From: an uncultured Chloroflexia bacterium
Lineage (GTDB): Bacteria; Chloroflexota; Chloroflexia; Thermomicrobiales; UBA6265
NCBI GenBank assembly: GCA_963750275.1
Contig: CAVVQC010000001.1
Span: 75,127-139,126, forward strand
DNA: 64,000 nucleotides
Direction of reading: 5' to 3'
Below are positions 1-9,164 of the stretch, piece by piece (the stretch's first letter is position 1; each line of letters begins with the position of its first letter). Position numbers and translations under genes: made by a program. The notes beneath the pieces were generated by a model. The model worked only from the letters and a program-made list of their open reading frames with translations. It was not told the origin of the DNA and did no database searches.

Positions 1-467
1 GCCTGGTACCAGAAGGTCAGGATGTTCCGGAGGTCTACCAGCTTTTGAGCGCGGCGCTGACCGAACTGGATCTCCCAGGCGAGCCCTGGTTGCTGGCGCG
101 ATGGTACGAGATGGCTCTGTTGGCGGTGACCGGTTATCGGCTCGAACTGTATCGCTGTGCAAGCTGCGGGAATGATTTGTTGGCCGAACCGAACATGCTC
201 GGGATCCAGACCGGTGGCGTGCTCTGCCCGAACTGCTGGCCGAATGATCCCAACGGTCGCGTCATGTCGGTCAATGTCCAGAAGATTCTGCGCTCCCTCG
301 ATCGAAATGGGATGGGAGAGGTGCGGCGGATCACCGTCGATCCAATTCTGGCCAATGAAATCGAAGCGACGTTGTCGATCTATATGCGTTCGATCGCTGA
401 GCGTGATTTTTCCAGCCTGAAAGTTTTGCGCGAGATACGCGAAACAGCACCTTATTTCGAAGTCTGA
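1..467 (+). CDS. recO: DNA repair protein RecO, C-terminal part (5' end outside window)
   Basis: Frame is open from nt 3, so the listed ORF 45..467 begins at an internal TTG. The translation ...[28 protein letters not shown]...GGVLCPNCW has the RecO C-terminal CxxC...CxxC zinc module. Confidence 0.8.
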   Translation, partial: LVPEGQDVPEVYQLLSAALTELDLPGEPWLLARWYEMALLAVTGYRLELYRCASCGNDLLAEPNMLGIQTGGVLCPNCWPNDPNGRVMSVNVQKILRSLDRNGMGEVRRITVDPILANEIEATLSIYMRSIAERDFSSLKVLREIRETAPYFEV

Positions 468-1122
468 TCTCGCGCGACAGTGCGTTCAAGCGATTGCGCT
501 TTGCGCCATTTGGCGACTTCCGCATGATGGCCGCTCAAGAGCACCGGTGGCACGGCGAGTCCCCGGTATTCTGCCGGGCGGGTGTACTGCGGGTATTCCA
601 GCAATCCGTCCTGATGTGATTCTTCAAGAATCGACGCGTCGTCGATGACTCCAGGGATCAGGCGCGTGACCGCATCGACGATCACCATGGCTGGTAGCTC
701 GCCACCGGTCAGTACGTAATCCCCGATCGAGACCTCTTCTGCATCAGGAGCTCATTGACGCGGGCATCGATGCCTTCATAGTGTCCGCAAATCAGCACTA
801 CTTCCGCTTCATTTTTGAGTTCCTCAGCGAATCTCTGATCGAAGGTCCGTCCGCCGGCGTTGGTAATCAGTATGCGCGCGGGACGACCGGCCATAGTTGC
901 TTCGACCCCTTCGACGATGGGCGGCGCCATGAGCACCATGCCGGCACCGCCGCCGTAGGGTCGGTCGTCGGCGGTTCGATGGCGATCGTGGGTCCAATCG
1001 CGGAGATCGTAGATATCTATGTGTACCTTTCCCGCGTCGATCGCGCGGCGGATGATGCTTTCGCCGAAAGGGGCGGTGAACATCTCCGGGAAGAGGGTGA
1101 AGATCGAAAAGTGAACGGTCAT
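452..1122 (-). pseudogene. trmD: tRNA (guanine37-N1)-methyltransferase TrmD, reading frame broken by an apparent 1-nt deletion near nt 745/746
   Basis: ATG at 1122 gives MTVHFSIFTLFPEMF...DDRPYGGGAGMVL...[16 protein letters not shown], then a premature stop at 709. The conserved continuation [33 protein letters not shown]...HHAEVAKWR lies in another frame (ORF 452..688 and its upstream extension). Confidence 0.85.
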
Positions 1123-1853
1123 CTGGTTGGAAGAAGCGCGACGAGTGCCGGTGCGATTCCACCCATCGACTGGACGATCAGATCTGGCATCAGTTCCGGT
1201 GAGGGCGCTTCTTTCGCGCCGGGACGCTGGTACCAGGCGGTGCGCATTCCCGCACCCGAAGCCCCACCGACGTCGAATCGCAGGGAATCGCCAATATGCA
1301 ATGCGCTCGATGGACTTGCGTTGAGATTCTCCAGGGCGGACCAGTAGATTTCTGGCCGGCTTTTGTAAAAACCGCACGATGCGGAGGTGGCGACGTCGTC
1401 GAAGGAATCGAGTATTCCATACCGATCGAGTGACCAGAGCAGGAAGTCATGGTGTACGGCACTGGAGACGACCCCGAGCTGCAGGCCCTCGGCGGCAAGC
1501 GTTTGGACAGTGGCCACTGCGCCTTCGACCGGGCGAGCGAACCGAAATGCGTCACGCATGATGGCGTCGAGCGCAATGTCGATGGCATCCCAGGGCAGGA
1601 TGAACCCGATGCGCTCCAGAATCGTGCGTACGGCCCGGTCGGCTGGCAGCTCATGGCCGTGACCATGGATCGCCTGCCTCAGCTTCCGGTATTCCGCGTC
1701 GGCGCTCGCGATCACCGCTTCCGGTACCTCGATCTCACCGACGTCCTGCCAGTAGCGCAGGACATCACTCACGAGCGTGCGAATCTCTATCTGGAACCAT
1801 TCGTCGCATTCAATCAGGGTGTTGTGGAAGTCGAAGGTGATGGTCTGCGTCAC
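1119..1853 (-). CDS. HAD-superfamily hydrolase
   Basis: 244-aa ORF with HAD-like motifs FDFHNTL (I), VVSSA (II) and YKSRP...GDSLRFDVGGA (III/IV). It has a GTG start, and its stop overlaps the trmD ATG (ATGA). Confidence 0.7.
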   Translation of the reverse strand: MTQTITFDFHNTLIECDEWFQIEIRTLVSDVLRYWQDVGEIEVPEAVIASADAEYRKLRQAIHGHGHELPADRAVRTILERIGFILPWDAIDIALDAIMRDAFRFARPVEGAVATVQTLAAEGLQLGVVSSAVHHDFLLWSLDRYGILDSFDDVATSASCGFYKSRPEIYWSALENLNASPSSALHIGDSLRFDVGGASGAGMRTAWYQRPGAKEAPSPELMPDLIVQSMGGIAPALVALLPTR

Positions 1854-2572
1854 TGGCTAGGTCTCCTGGGAGGGGCGGCAACGGCCCGAATGAACAACGT
1901 GACAATTGATGGATCGAATTGCGTTCCCGACGATCTGAGGAGCTCGGCGGTTGCCTCCTGGTGAGACATGGTAGGTCGATACGGGCGCCAGGAGGTCATT
2001 GCGTCGTACGCGTCAGCCACTCCAATCAGGCGTGCGCCGAGCTCGATCTGCGGGCCATGCAGGCCGTCGGGATAGCCATGGCCTTCATGCCGCTCGTGAT
2101 GATGACGCACGATCGGCGCGATCGACCCGAGAATTTGCGAGCACGCGAGATACGCAGCCCCACGCGCCGGATGCTCGCGCATCTCGATCCATTCCGCGTC
2201 TGACAGCGGGCCGGGTTTGCGTAGCGTCTCGCTCGAAATTGTCAGCTTGCCGATATCGTGGAGCCATGCCGCGTCGAGAAATGCCGCGCTCTCGTCCGCA
2301 GAGACCTCTGGCAACTGGAGAACCATTGCGCCCACATACGTCGCCACAGCTTCGGCGTGTTTCCAGAGGGTGGGATCGATGTGTTTCAGCCGTTCGGTCA
2401 ACGCGGCCCGATCGAAACCGGTCGGATCGCCCAGAAGTTCTCGTAATGACGTTGTTCGCTGCGTCGAGGCCGACAAGCCAATTCTCGTTTCGCCCATGGG
2501 CAATAGTCTGCCCGAAGTAGAATCCAAGTATGAATGGTGGAGCGTCGCGTATCCGTAGCCGAATTCTGTCAC
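1850..2572 (-). CDS. HD-GYP domain protein (putative cyclic-di-GMP phosphodiesterase), stand-alone domain
   Basis: Contains LHDIGKL ... HHERHEGHGYPDGL (HD and GYP signatures). The stop overlaps the GTG start of the HAD gene (GTGA). The start is ambiguous: ATG 2572 overlaps the divergent SBP gene, and an internal ATG at 2497 is possible. Confidence 0.8.
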   Translation of the reverse strand: MTEFGYGYATLHHSYLDSTSGRLLPMGETRIGLSASTQRTTSLRELLGDPTGFDRAALTERLKHIDPTLWKHAEAVATYVGAMVLQLPEVSADESAAFLDAAWLHDIGKLTISSETLRKPGPLSDAEWIEMREHPARGAAYLACSQILGSIAPIVRHHHERHEGHGYPDGLHGPQIELGARLIGVADAYDAMTSWRPYRPTMSHQEATAELLRSSGTQFDPSIVTLFIRAVAAPPRRPSQ

Positions 2573-4146
2573 TTGTCGTGGTCTTGCTGCTCGCGGCTCC
2601 GTTGGTGGCGGCCGCGCAGGGCAACGCGGGGGGTGGCGGGTCGGATGGCATCCTGCGAATGGCCGGACCGGTCGACCTGCAGACGCTCGATCCGGCGAAG
2701 GCGAAGGACCTGGGTACGCTTTTCCTGGTTCGCCAGCTCTATGCCGGGCTGACGCGACTCGATGTGGATCTGCAACCAGTGCCGGCGCTGGCCGAATCGA
2801 TCGATATCTCTGATGACGGTTTGACGTACACCTTCACGCTGCGGCGTGATGCGCGCTTTGCCGATGGGCGCGACATCACTGCAGAAGATGTCGCGTATTC
2901 GATCAATCGGGCGCTCGATCCCGCGACTACCGGTGGCGACGCGTCCCAGCTCGCGGCGCCGACGTTTCTCTCAGATATCGCGGGCGCTCGCGAGCTCCTG
3001 AGTGGCGAGGCTGATTCACTTTCCGGCGTGCGAGTAATCGACGATCTCACACTGGAGATCGATCTCGTGGAGCCCCGTTCGACGTTCTTGATGCGACTCG
3101 CTACCGGCCCGGCAGCGATTGTCGATCGTGAGGATGTGGAGCGCAGTGACGAATGGTGGTCCGATCCCAACAGTAGCGGCTCGTTCGTTATCGACGATTT
3201 CGACATCGCCTCTGGCATGACCCTAAAGCCGAATAAGCACTCCTACGCTGGCAAGCCTGACCTGGACGAGGTGCAGGTTTTGCTCGGGGTCAACGCGTTC
3301 CAACCGATGAATCTTTATCAAACGGGAGCGGTGGATATTGCTCCGGTCAGCGTGTTTTCACTCGACCGCGCGCTCGATCCTGCGAGTGATCTGAATGCCG
3401 ATCTCCAGCAATCGGACCTGTTCGCCGTGGAATATATGGCGTTCCGTACGGATGTGGAACCGCTGGATGATCCGAACATCCGCAAGGCGCTGATTCTCGG
3501 ATTTCCGCGAGAGAAGGTGGCCGCAGTTTCATTCGACGGGCGGGTCGCGCCGGCGAACGGGTTTATTCCTGATGGCATGCTTGGACAGGAGACCTGGCCT
3601 GTGACGGGATGGGACTACGATCTCGATGCTGCACGTCAGGCGATTGTGGACTCGTCGTATGGCACTGCGGCAAACGTGCCTCCAATTACGATCTATGCCA
3701 ACGGACCGCCCGATCGTCTGATTGCGTTCAAGGAGGTGATCGAGGCCGATTTGGGATTGCAGATCGACCTGGTAAATGTGGAGTGGACGGAATACATCTC
3801 CAATTTGCCGAAGCAAACGTATCCCGCCTATGGCATTTATTGGGGGGCCGACTTCCCGGACCCGGAGAGTTTGCTGCTGACGCTCTTTGGAACCAACCAA
3901 CCTGACAACTATGTGGGCTATTCGAACCCAGAATTCGACTCGCTGCTCGAGCAAGCGGCCTCGGAACAGGACCCGGATACTCGCGTCCAGCTCTATACCC
4001 AGGCAAACCAGATGCTGATGGATGACGCCGTCGTGTTGCCCTTCTTTTACGACCGCTCGTATATGCTCGTGCGTCCGTGGGTTCATGGTCTCGAACTCAC
4101 CCCACTCGGCATTTTGTACCTCGATCAGGTGACGGTTGAAACCTGA
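2530..4146 (+). CDS. ABC transporter substrate-binding protein, family 5 (peptide/nickel, DppA/OppA-like), secreted
   Basis: 538 aa with N-terminal signal RILSLVVVLLLAAPLVAAAQ. The overall pattern is typical of SBP_bac_5 (LDPA.A.D......QLY.GL..., YSNPEFD.LL..A). No permease or ATPase genes are adjacent. Confidence 0.8.
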   Translation: MNGGASRIRSRILSLVVVLLLAAPLVAAAQGNAGGGGSDGILRMAGPVDLQTLDPAKAKDLGTLFLVRQLYAGLTRLDVDLQPVPALAESIDISDDGLTYTFTLRRDARFADGRDITAEDVAYSINRALDPATTGGDASQLAAPTFLSDIAGARELLSGEADSLSGVRVIDDLTLEIDLVEPRSTFLMRLATGPAAIVDREDVERSDEWWSDPNSSGSFVIDDFDIASGMTLKPNKHSYAGKPDLDEVQVLLGVNAFQPMNLYQTGAVDIAPVSVFSLDRALDPASDLNADLQQSDLFAVEYMAFRTDVEPLDDPNIRKALILGFPREKVAAVSFDGRVAPANGFIPDGMLGQETWPVTGWDYDLDAARQAIVDSSYGTAANVPPITIYANGPPDRLIAFKEVIEADLGLQIDLVNVEWTEYISNLPKQTYPAYGIYWGADFPDPESLLLTLFGTNQPDNYVGYSNPEFDSLLEQAASEQDPDTRVQLYTQANQMLMDDAVVLPFFYDRSYMLVRPWVHGLELTPLGILYLDQVTVET

Positions 4147-4164
4147 TCCTCTCTGCACCATCTC

Positions 4165-5064
4165 ATGAAATTCGCCCCAGCTTATACCGCAGCCCAACCG
4201 CAGCCGTTGACGCCCGAGCTCGTGGCGCGGCATCGGTTTGACTGGGCGACTCGCGTCGATATCAATGAGCTCGACCGTACGGTTGCCGTCTATCCGGGAC
4301 GATCGCTCTGGGTGCCAGAGTCGGACGAGCTGCTGGTGGTATCGCCCTGGCGCAATCGCAACGATATCGCCGCTGTCGCGCAAATTTCTGCAGTCAATCG
4401 ACTAGATGATCTGATCGACGCGGCACGTCGCGCCGCGTTTCGACTGGGTGCTCACGCTTTTGTTATGGCCGAATGGAATGAAACTCGCAGTCCGCGATTC
4501 TATGCGCGGAACGGGCTACATGTGTTCGAAGACGTGGTGTCGTTCGAAACAGGAACCGGCTCTGCGCAACCGGCCGATCTTCGCCGGGGAAATCCGACGC
4601 AGCTTGCCACCGTCGATTCGCCCTTGCTCGACTGGATCCTTGCCATCGATCATGCTGCGTTTCCGTGGCTTTGGAGGAATTCGCGGCTCGAGTTCGAGCA
4701 CTATTTGCTGTCGCCGAATGTCGAGATATGGGGGCAACGCGACGCTGGGGGCGAGCCAATTAGCTATGTCGGGATCACCAGTTATGCCGGCTGGGGCCAC
4801 CTGGATCGAGTGGCCGTGGCACCAGAGCGCCAGGGGGAAGGGCGCGGACGGGAAGCGGTTCTATTTGCCATCGCGCGGCTGAAGCAGCTCGGAGCGCGGC
4901 GGGTCGGGTTGAGCACACAGCGTTCGAACGTTCGGTCGCAACGACTCTACGAGCGGATAGGTTTTCAGAAAACGCATCAGAATGACTATCGGATTTATGG
5001 GACACTCGCGCCGGACGCCCCACCGGAGGCGCGTATGGCTCCGAACGGAATCGAAGAGATATGA
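4165..5064 (+). CDS. GNAT-family N-acetyltransferase (two-domain)
   Basis: The C-terminal half has the acetyl-CoA motif A, LDRVAVAPERQGEGRGREAVLFAIARLKQLGARRVGLSTQRSNVRSQRLYERIGF. Confidence 0.75.
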   Translation: MKFAPAYTAAQPQPLTPELVARHRFDWATRVDINELDRTVAVYPGRSLWVPESDELLVVSPWRNRNDIAAVAQISAVNRLDDLIDAARRAAFRLGAHAFVMAEWNETRSPRFYARNGLHVFEDVVSFETGTGSAQPADLRRGNPTQLATVDSPLLDWILAIDHAAFPWLWRNSRLEFEHYLLSPNVEIWGQRDAGGEPISYVGITSYAGWGHLDRVAVAPERQGEGRGREAVLFAIARLKQLGARRVGLSTQRSNVRSQRLYERIGFQKTHQNDYRIYGTLAPDAPPEARMAPNGIEEI

Positions 5065-5067
5065 GTA

Positions 5068-6147
5068 ATGAGTAGTTCGTTTGGCACGATCTTTCGCTTG
5101 ACCACCTGGGGTGAGTCACATGGACCCGCTCTCGGGGTCGTCATCGAAGGAACCCCGGCCGGGATCCCGTTGGCCGTGGAAGATATTCAGTTCCAGCTCG
5201 ACCGGCGACGGGTGGGCCAAAGTAAAGTCACCACGCCGCGCAATGAGAAGGACCGGGCCGAGATTCTTTCCGGCGTCTTCGAAGGGGTGACCACGGGCGC
5301 GCCGATTTCGTTGATTACCTACAATGCCGATGTCGACTCCTCGAAATATGAGAATTTGCGGGATGTCTTCCGTCCCGGCCATGCCGACTACACCTATTGG
5401 GCGAAATACGGCCATCGAGATCATCGAGGGGGTGGACGTTCCTCGGCTCGCGAGACCTGGGGGCGTGTTGCGGCGGGTGCAATTGCGCGTAAGATCCTGG
5501 CGACTGCCGGTGTAGATATCTACGGTTTTGCACGTGAGATCGGCGGCATCCGCGCGGAAACCTTCGACCGGGAGGAGATCGAGCGCAATATCGTGCGCTC
5601 TCCCGATCCGGTTGCAGCAGAGAAGATGATCGATGCGATCATGGCGGTCAAAGCCGAGAAGGACAGTTTGGGCGGAATCGTCGAAGTGCACGCCTTGAAC
5701 GTTCCGGTTGGGTTGGGCGAACCCACATTCGACAAACTGGATGGACTGATTGGCCACGCCATGCACAGCATCCCAGCGGTAAAGGGAGTCGAAATCGGCG
5801 AGGGTTTCGAAGTCACCAAGCTCCGCGGTTCACAATCGAACGATTCGTTCACGATTGAAAATGGCCAAGTGCGAACCCGTTCGAACAACGCCGGGGGGCT
5901 GCTCGGCGGACTCGCGACCGGTGAGCCGATCATCGTGCGCGTCGCAGTCAAACCCACATCATCGGTCGAGCAGCTACAGCAAACGGTGGACGTCAATCTG
6001 CAACCGCGCGAGATTCTGGTCGAAGGGCGTCATGACCCGTCGGTTGTTCCCCGTGCGGTTCCCGTTGCCGAGGCGATGCTTGCCAACGTATTGGCCGATC
6101 TCTTCCTGCGCAATCGTGCTGCGCGGATCGAGTGGCCTTTAGCTTAG
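5068..6147 (+). CDS. aroC: Chorismate synthase
   Basis: 359 aa. FGTIFRLTTWGESHGPALGVVIEGTPAGIPL, RPGHADYTYWAKYG and RHDPSVVPRAVPVAEAM are classic AroC signatures. Confidence 0.95.
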   Translation: MSSSFGTIFRLTTWGESHGPALGVVIEGTPAGIPLAVEDIQFQLDRRRVGQSKVTTPRNEKDRAEILSGVFEGVTTGAPISLITYNADVDSSKYENLRDVFRPGHADYTYWAKYGHRDHRGGGRSSARETWGRVAAGAIARKILATAGVDIYGFAREIGGIRAETFDREEIERNIVRSPDPVAAEKMIDAIMAVKAEKDSLGGIVEVHALNVPVGLGEPTFDKLDGLIGHAMHSIPAVKGVEIGEGFEVTKLRGSQSNDSFTIENGQVRTRSNNAGGLLGGLATGEPIIVRVAVKPTSSVEQLQQTVDVNLQPREILVEGRHDPSVVPRAVPVAEAMLANVLADLFLRNRAARIEWPLA

Positions 6148-6176
6148 CCTGAGGAAGATTCGGTTCAAGAACGCCA

Positions 6177-6959
6177 TCAGTCGGTCCGGGTTTTTTCTGC
6201 GGCTACGATCAAGCGGTCAGAAAAGGGATCGAGCGGATCGAGCTCGTAACTGCCATAGACGCGCCAATCCTGGAATCCCGCCAGCTTGAGCATCAACAGC
6301 AGCTCGCCTGAGCCGAGCCACCGCTGGGTAAAGCCGGTGCGGGTGCGTTTGACCTGACCGTTCCGCGCAGTTACCTCGTACCAGATCTCGCTGTTTATGA
6401 GCTGCTCTGCGGGCTCGATCGATTGGCTTACGAGCTTATCCAGGCGCGAGCCATCATCCATCTCCCAGGTGCCGTTGAAGGCCAAGCCGCCATCCATAGC
6501 GGTCAACCGCGCTGGGGTCGCATGCAGAACATCGACGATGAGCTGGCCGCGAGGATCAAGCGCTTGCCATGCCGCGTGCAAGGTCGCGAGCTGTTCCTCC
6601 TGAGTGGTGGCATGGAGGAGAGAGTCCAGTCCGATGATTGCGACGCCAAAGGTTTCAGCCGGCAGCATTCCCGACCGGGTGAAGTCTCCCTCGATCAAGG
6701 TAACGCGATCGTTCAAACCCGCTTGTTCCAGCGACATTCGGGCGACCTGCAACATGGGCTCCGACGAATCAAGACCAGTCACCTGGAAGCCCGCTTCGGC
6801 AATGCCGCGTAGAATCCGACCAGTGCCGCATCCGAGCTCCAGCACCGGATCGCCGGCTGCGTCGACAAATTGCAGGTACAAATCGATGTCGTCCGTGAAG
6901 GAACGATGCTCGAGGTCGTAATATGCTGCGATCTCGTCGTAGGGGCTTTCGGCTGACAT
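6177..6959 (-). CDS. Class I SAM-dependent methyltransferase
   Basis: Motif I VLELGCGTGRI. The preferred start is ATG 6959 (MSAESPYDEIAAYYD), and the longer ORF to 7013 overlaps smpB. Confidence 0.8.
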   Translation of the reverse strand: MSAESPYDEIAAYYDLEHRSFTDDIDLYLQFVDAAGDPVLELGCGTGRILRGIAEAGFQVTGLDSSEPMLQVARMSLEQAGLNDRVTLIEGDFTRSGMLPAETFGVAIIGLDSLLHATTQEEQLATLHAAWQALDPRGQLIVDVLHATPARLTAMDGGLAFNGTWEMDDGSRLDKLVSQSIEPAEQLINSEIWYEVTARNGQVKRTRTGFTQRWLGSGELLLMLKLAGFQDWRVYGSYELDPLDPFSDRLIVAAEKTRTD

Positions 6960-7000
6960 CTGTGGCAATCCTTTTATTTTTATGAATGTTTGGAATCGAT

Positions 7001-7480
7001 ATGGCACCCGCAACCAACAATGACCGGCGTTTGGATCGGGTGGTGCTTACCAACCGGCGCGCCTTGCATGACTATCACATCAGCGAATCGATCGAAACTG
7101 GCATCGTCCTTTCCGGCACGGAAATCAAATCCCTGCGGGCCGGGCAGATGTCGATTGCCGAAGCATACGTGCGTGTCGATCGGGGCGAGCTTTGGTTGAT
7201 CGGATCGCACATCTCGCCTTACGCGTTTGGCACGCATGCCAATCACGATCCTCATCGCCCACGCAAGTTGCTGGCGCACAAAAAGCAAATCGCTGAGCTC
7301 AAAGCTGCCACCGAACAAAAGGGAATGACTTTGATTCCCTTGCGGATAGCCATCCGCAACGGTCGCGCCAAGGTGGATATTGGGGTTGCACGGGCAAAGA
7401 AGCTCTATGACAAGCGCCAGGCAGAGGCGGAGCGGGACTCTCGCCGCGATGTCGAGCGGTCGATGGTCGATCGCGGCTAA
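7001..7480 (+). CDS. smpB: SsrA-binding protein SmpB
   Basis: NRRALHDYHI.E..E.GIVL.GTEIKSLRAG ... HDP.R.RKLL.HK.QI is the SmpB signature. tmRNA lies immediately downstream. An alternative ATG at 6986 is possible. Confidence 0.93.
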   Translation: MAPATNNDRRLDRVVLTNRRALHDYHISESIETGIVLSGTEIKSLRAGQMSIAEAYVRVDRGELWLIGSHISPYAFGTHANHDPHRPRKLLAHKKQIAELKAATEQKGMTLIPLRIAIRNGRAKVDIGVARAKKLYDKRQAEAERDSRRDVERSMVDRG

Positions 7481-7527
7481 CTCGACAAATGCGATCATTT
7501 GTGCGACAATTACCCCAGGTCGAAATC

Positions 7528-7888
7528 GGGGATGTTTGGTTTCGACAGGGTTCAACGTTAGATTGCTGCGTGCCGAAGCGCCCAGGCCTTCGTAAAAATG
7601 GGCAAAAAAGAGTAACTGGCAACAGCGAACTCGCTTACGCTGCCTAAGTCTTTCGACCTCTAGTCAGCGCGTCCGCCCAAGGCTCAGCTCTATGGCTTTG
7701 GTTCCGGGCGTCACCTAAGTAGGGCTGCGACGATGAAGTTCGCCTGAGCGAAATCGTCAAAGATAGTCAGGCTTACTCGTGGTCATCCGGTTGGTGGGAT
7801 CGGCGGCGAGGAATTTAAACACTAACTATGCGCGTAGGATGCACTCGGCGAAGGGTTCTGGACGGGGGTTCGACTCCCCCCATCTCCA
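7528..7888 (+). ncRNA. ssrA: tmRNA (SsrA)
   Basis: The 5' end is GGGGATGTTTGGTTTCGAC, and the 3' T-arm/acceptor is GGGGGTTCGACTCCCCCCATCTCCA. The internal tag frame GGC AAC AGC GAA CTC GCT TAC GCT GCC TAA reads (G)NSELAYAA*, with the resume codon uncertain. It sits directly after smpB. Confidence 0.93.
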
Positions 7889-7900
7889 CAACATGCAAAC

Positions 7901-7932
7901 GCCTCAGCCATTAGGCTGAGGCGTTTTGTTTT
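7901..7932 (+). terminator. Intrinsic terminator after ssrA
   Basis: GCCTCAGCC-ATTA-GGCTGAGGC followed by GTTTTGTTTT. Confidence 0.8.
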
Positions 7933-7960
7933 CCGGATAGCAGATCTGAGCGAGCAAATC

Positions 7961-7992
7961 GAAAGCGCCGGGGAGCAATCCCCGGCGCTTTC
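7961..7992 (-). terminator. Probable terminator of the Cys-rich protein gene
   Basis: Hairpin AAAGCGCCGGGG-AGCAAT-CCCCGGCGCTTT lies 24 nt past the stop at 8016. The U-tract on the minus strand is weak. Confidence 0.55.
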
Positions 7993-8015
7993 CTGAGGTT
8001 CGGTTCGAAGCGAGA

Positions 8016-8753
8016 TTACGCCTCGTTCTCGGCATTGTCCTCGCGGCTTTTGTACGCGAGCACGGCAGCAGCAGCGCCAATTGCGGCGGCCGGAGCCAAC
8101 CAGCTATTGCTGGTCACAATCGGGCCGGAACCAGTGTTGGGTGGGGCCACGACACATTCGGCTTGGGCAACGCAATATCCAACCGCGCCAATAGCAGTGT
8201 TGCCGTAGGTGCAGCAGATGTACTCGGCGCCGAACGCCTCATTGTACGGTCCGCACGGATCCTCGGTGCCGCTATAGCAGCCGTAGCACCAGCCATTGGC
8301 ACCGCACTCAGTGTCCTCTACGCAGCAATCGGTGCCCTCGCACATGGTCTGGAGCTCGGAGCACTCTCCGGTCGGCTCACAGCCCACAGAATCGCTCACG
8401 CAGGTGCCGTTGGCGCCAGCGCCAGCGGCGACTTCATTGGCGCAGCAGACTGCGGTACTGCCATAGCACGGATCCTGGGTTCCGGTGGTACAGGGGCAAC
8501 CGATTTCCGGTCGGCTCGGATCCTCGCAGTAACAGACATCTTCGTCGGAGCAGGAACCGACGACACAATCGTCGTCCGAGACGCAATTGCCTCCCGGAGG
8601 TACGGAGCCCTGAGCGAATACCGCCGAAGGAGCGGCGATCTTGACTCCGGCAACAGCGGCAACTGAGGCGCCGCCAAAAATCTTGAGCAACGTGCGACGA
8701 TCAGTGCCGGTCGCAAATGCGCGGGTTAACTTGTCGAACTTCTGTCCGTCCAT
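8016..8753 (-). CDS. Secreted, acidic, cysteine-rich protein with Tat-type signal and LPXTG-like C-terminal anchor; function unknown
   Basis: N-terminus TDRRTLLKIFGGASVAAVAGVKIAAPSAVFAQG (twin-arginine). There are 24 Cys in about 155 mature residues, arranged as two related modules. The C-terminus is PPNTGSG, a hydrophobic stretch (WLAPAAAIGAAAAVLAY), then KSRED... Confidence 0.75.
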   Translation of the reverse strand: MDGQKFDKLTRAFATGTDRRTLLKIFGGASVAAVAGVKIAAPSAVFAQGSVPPGGNCVSDDDCVVGSCSDEDVCYCEDPSRPEIGCPCTTGTQDPCYGSTAVCCANEVAAGAGANGTCVSDSVGCEPTGECSELQTMCEGTDCCVEDTECGANGWCYGCYSGTEDPCGPYNEAFGAEYICCTYGNTAIGAVGYCVAQAECVVAPPNTGSGPIVTSNSWLAPAAAIGAAAAVLAYKSREDNAENEA

Positions 8754-9164
8754 GTGTGATTTCCACCCTCTGTTGTCGATAACGAATATCCGAAACGCTT
8801 GCCCGATCAGCCACCGGGCAGAGTGTGTGGCGTTCTTTGCGAATCCTCCTCCCCGTTGCTCAGGTCGTTACCCTTTGGAGAAACCGAAGCCAGCTCTCGG
8901 TCGAGGCTCAGCACAACGTTCGCTAACGGCGATCGTGCGATGTCGTATTACGTGTGTTGTTTCGCTGATTTCCAAAGTCTGGGTGCGGAGCCCAGGATGA
9001 CCTGATCCCTCTGATCGCATCATAGCACCGGTTTGGCAAGACGCAAGAGTTCATGCGTATTCTGGAAGATCACCAGGGTGCGATGGAGAACAGCGTTCGG
9101 GCGGTGACTCTGCGCGTACTAGCAATACGTGATTTGATGATGATCTTTTTATGAAGGAGACGCC

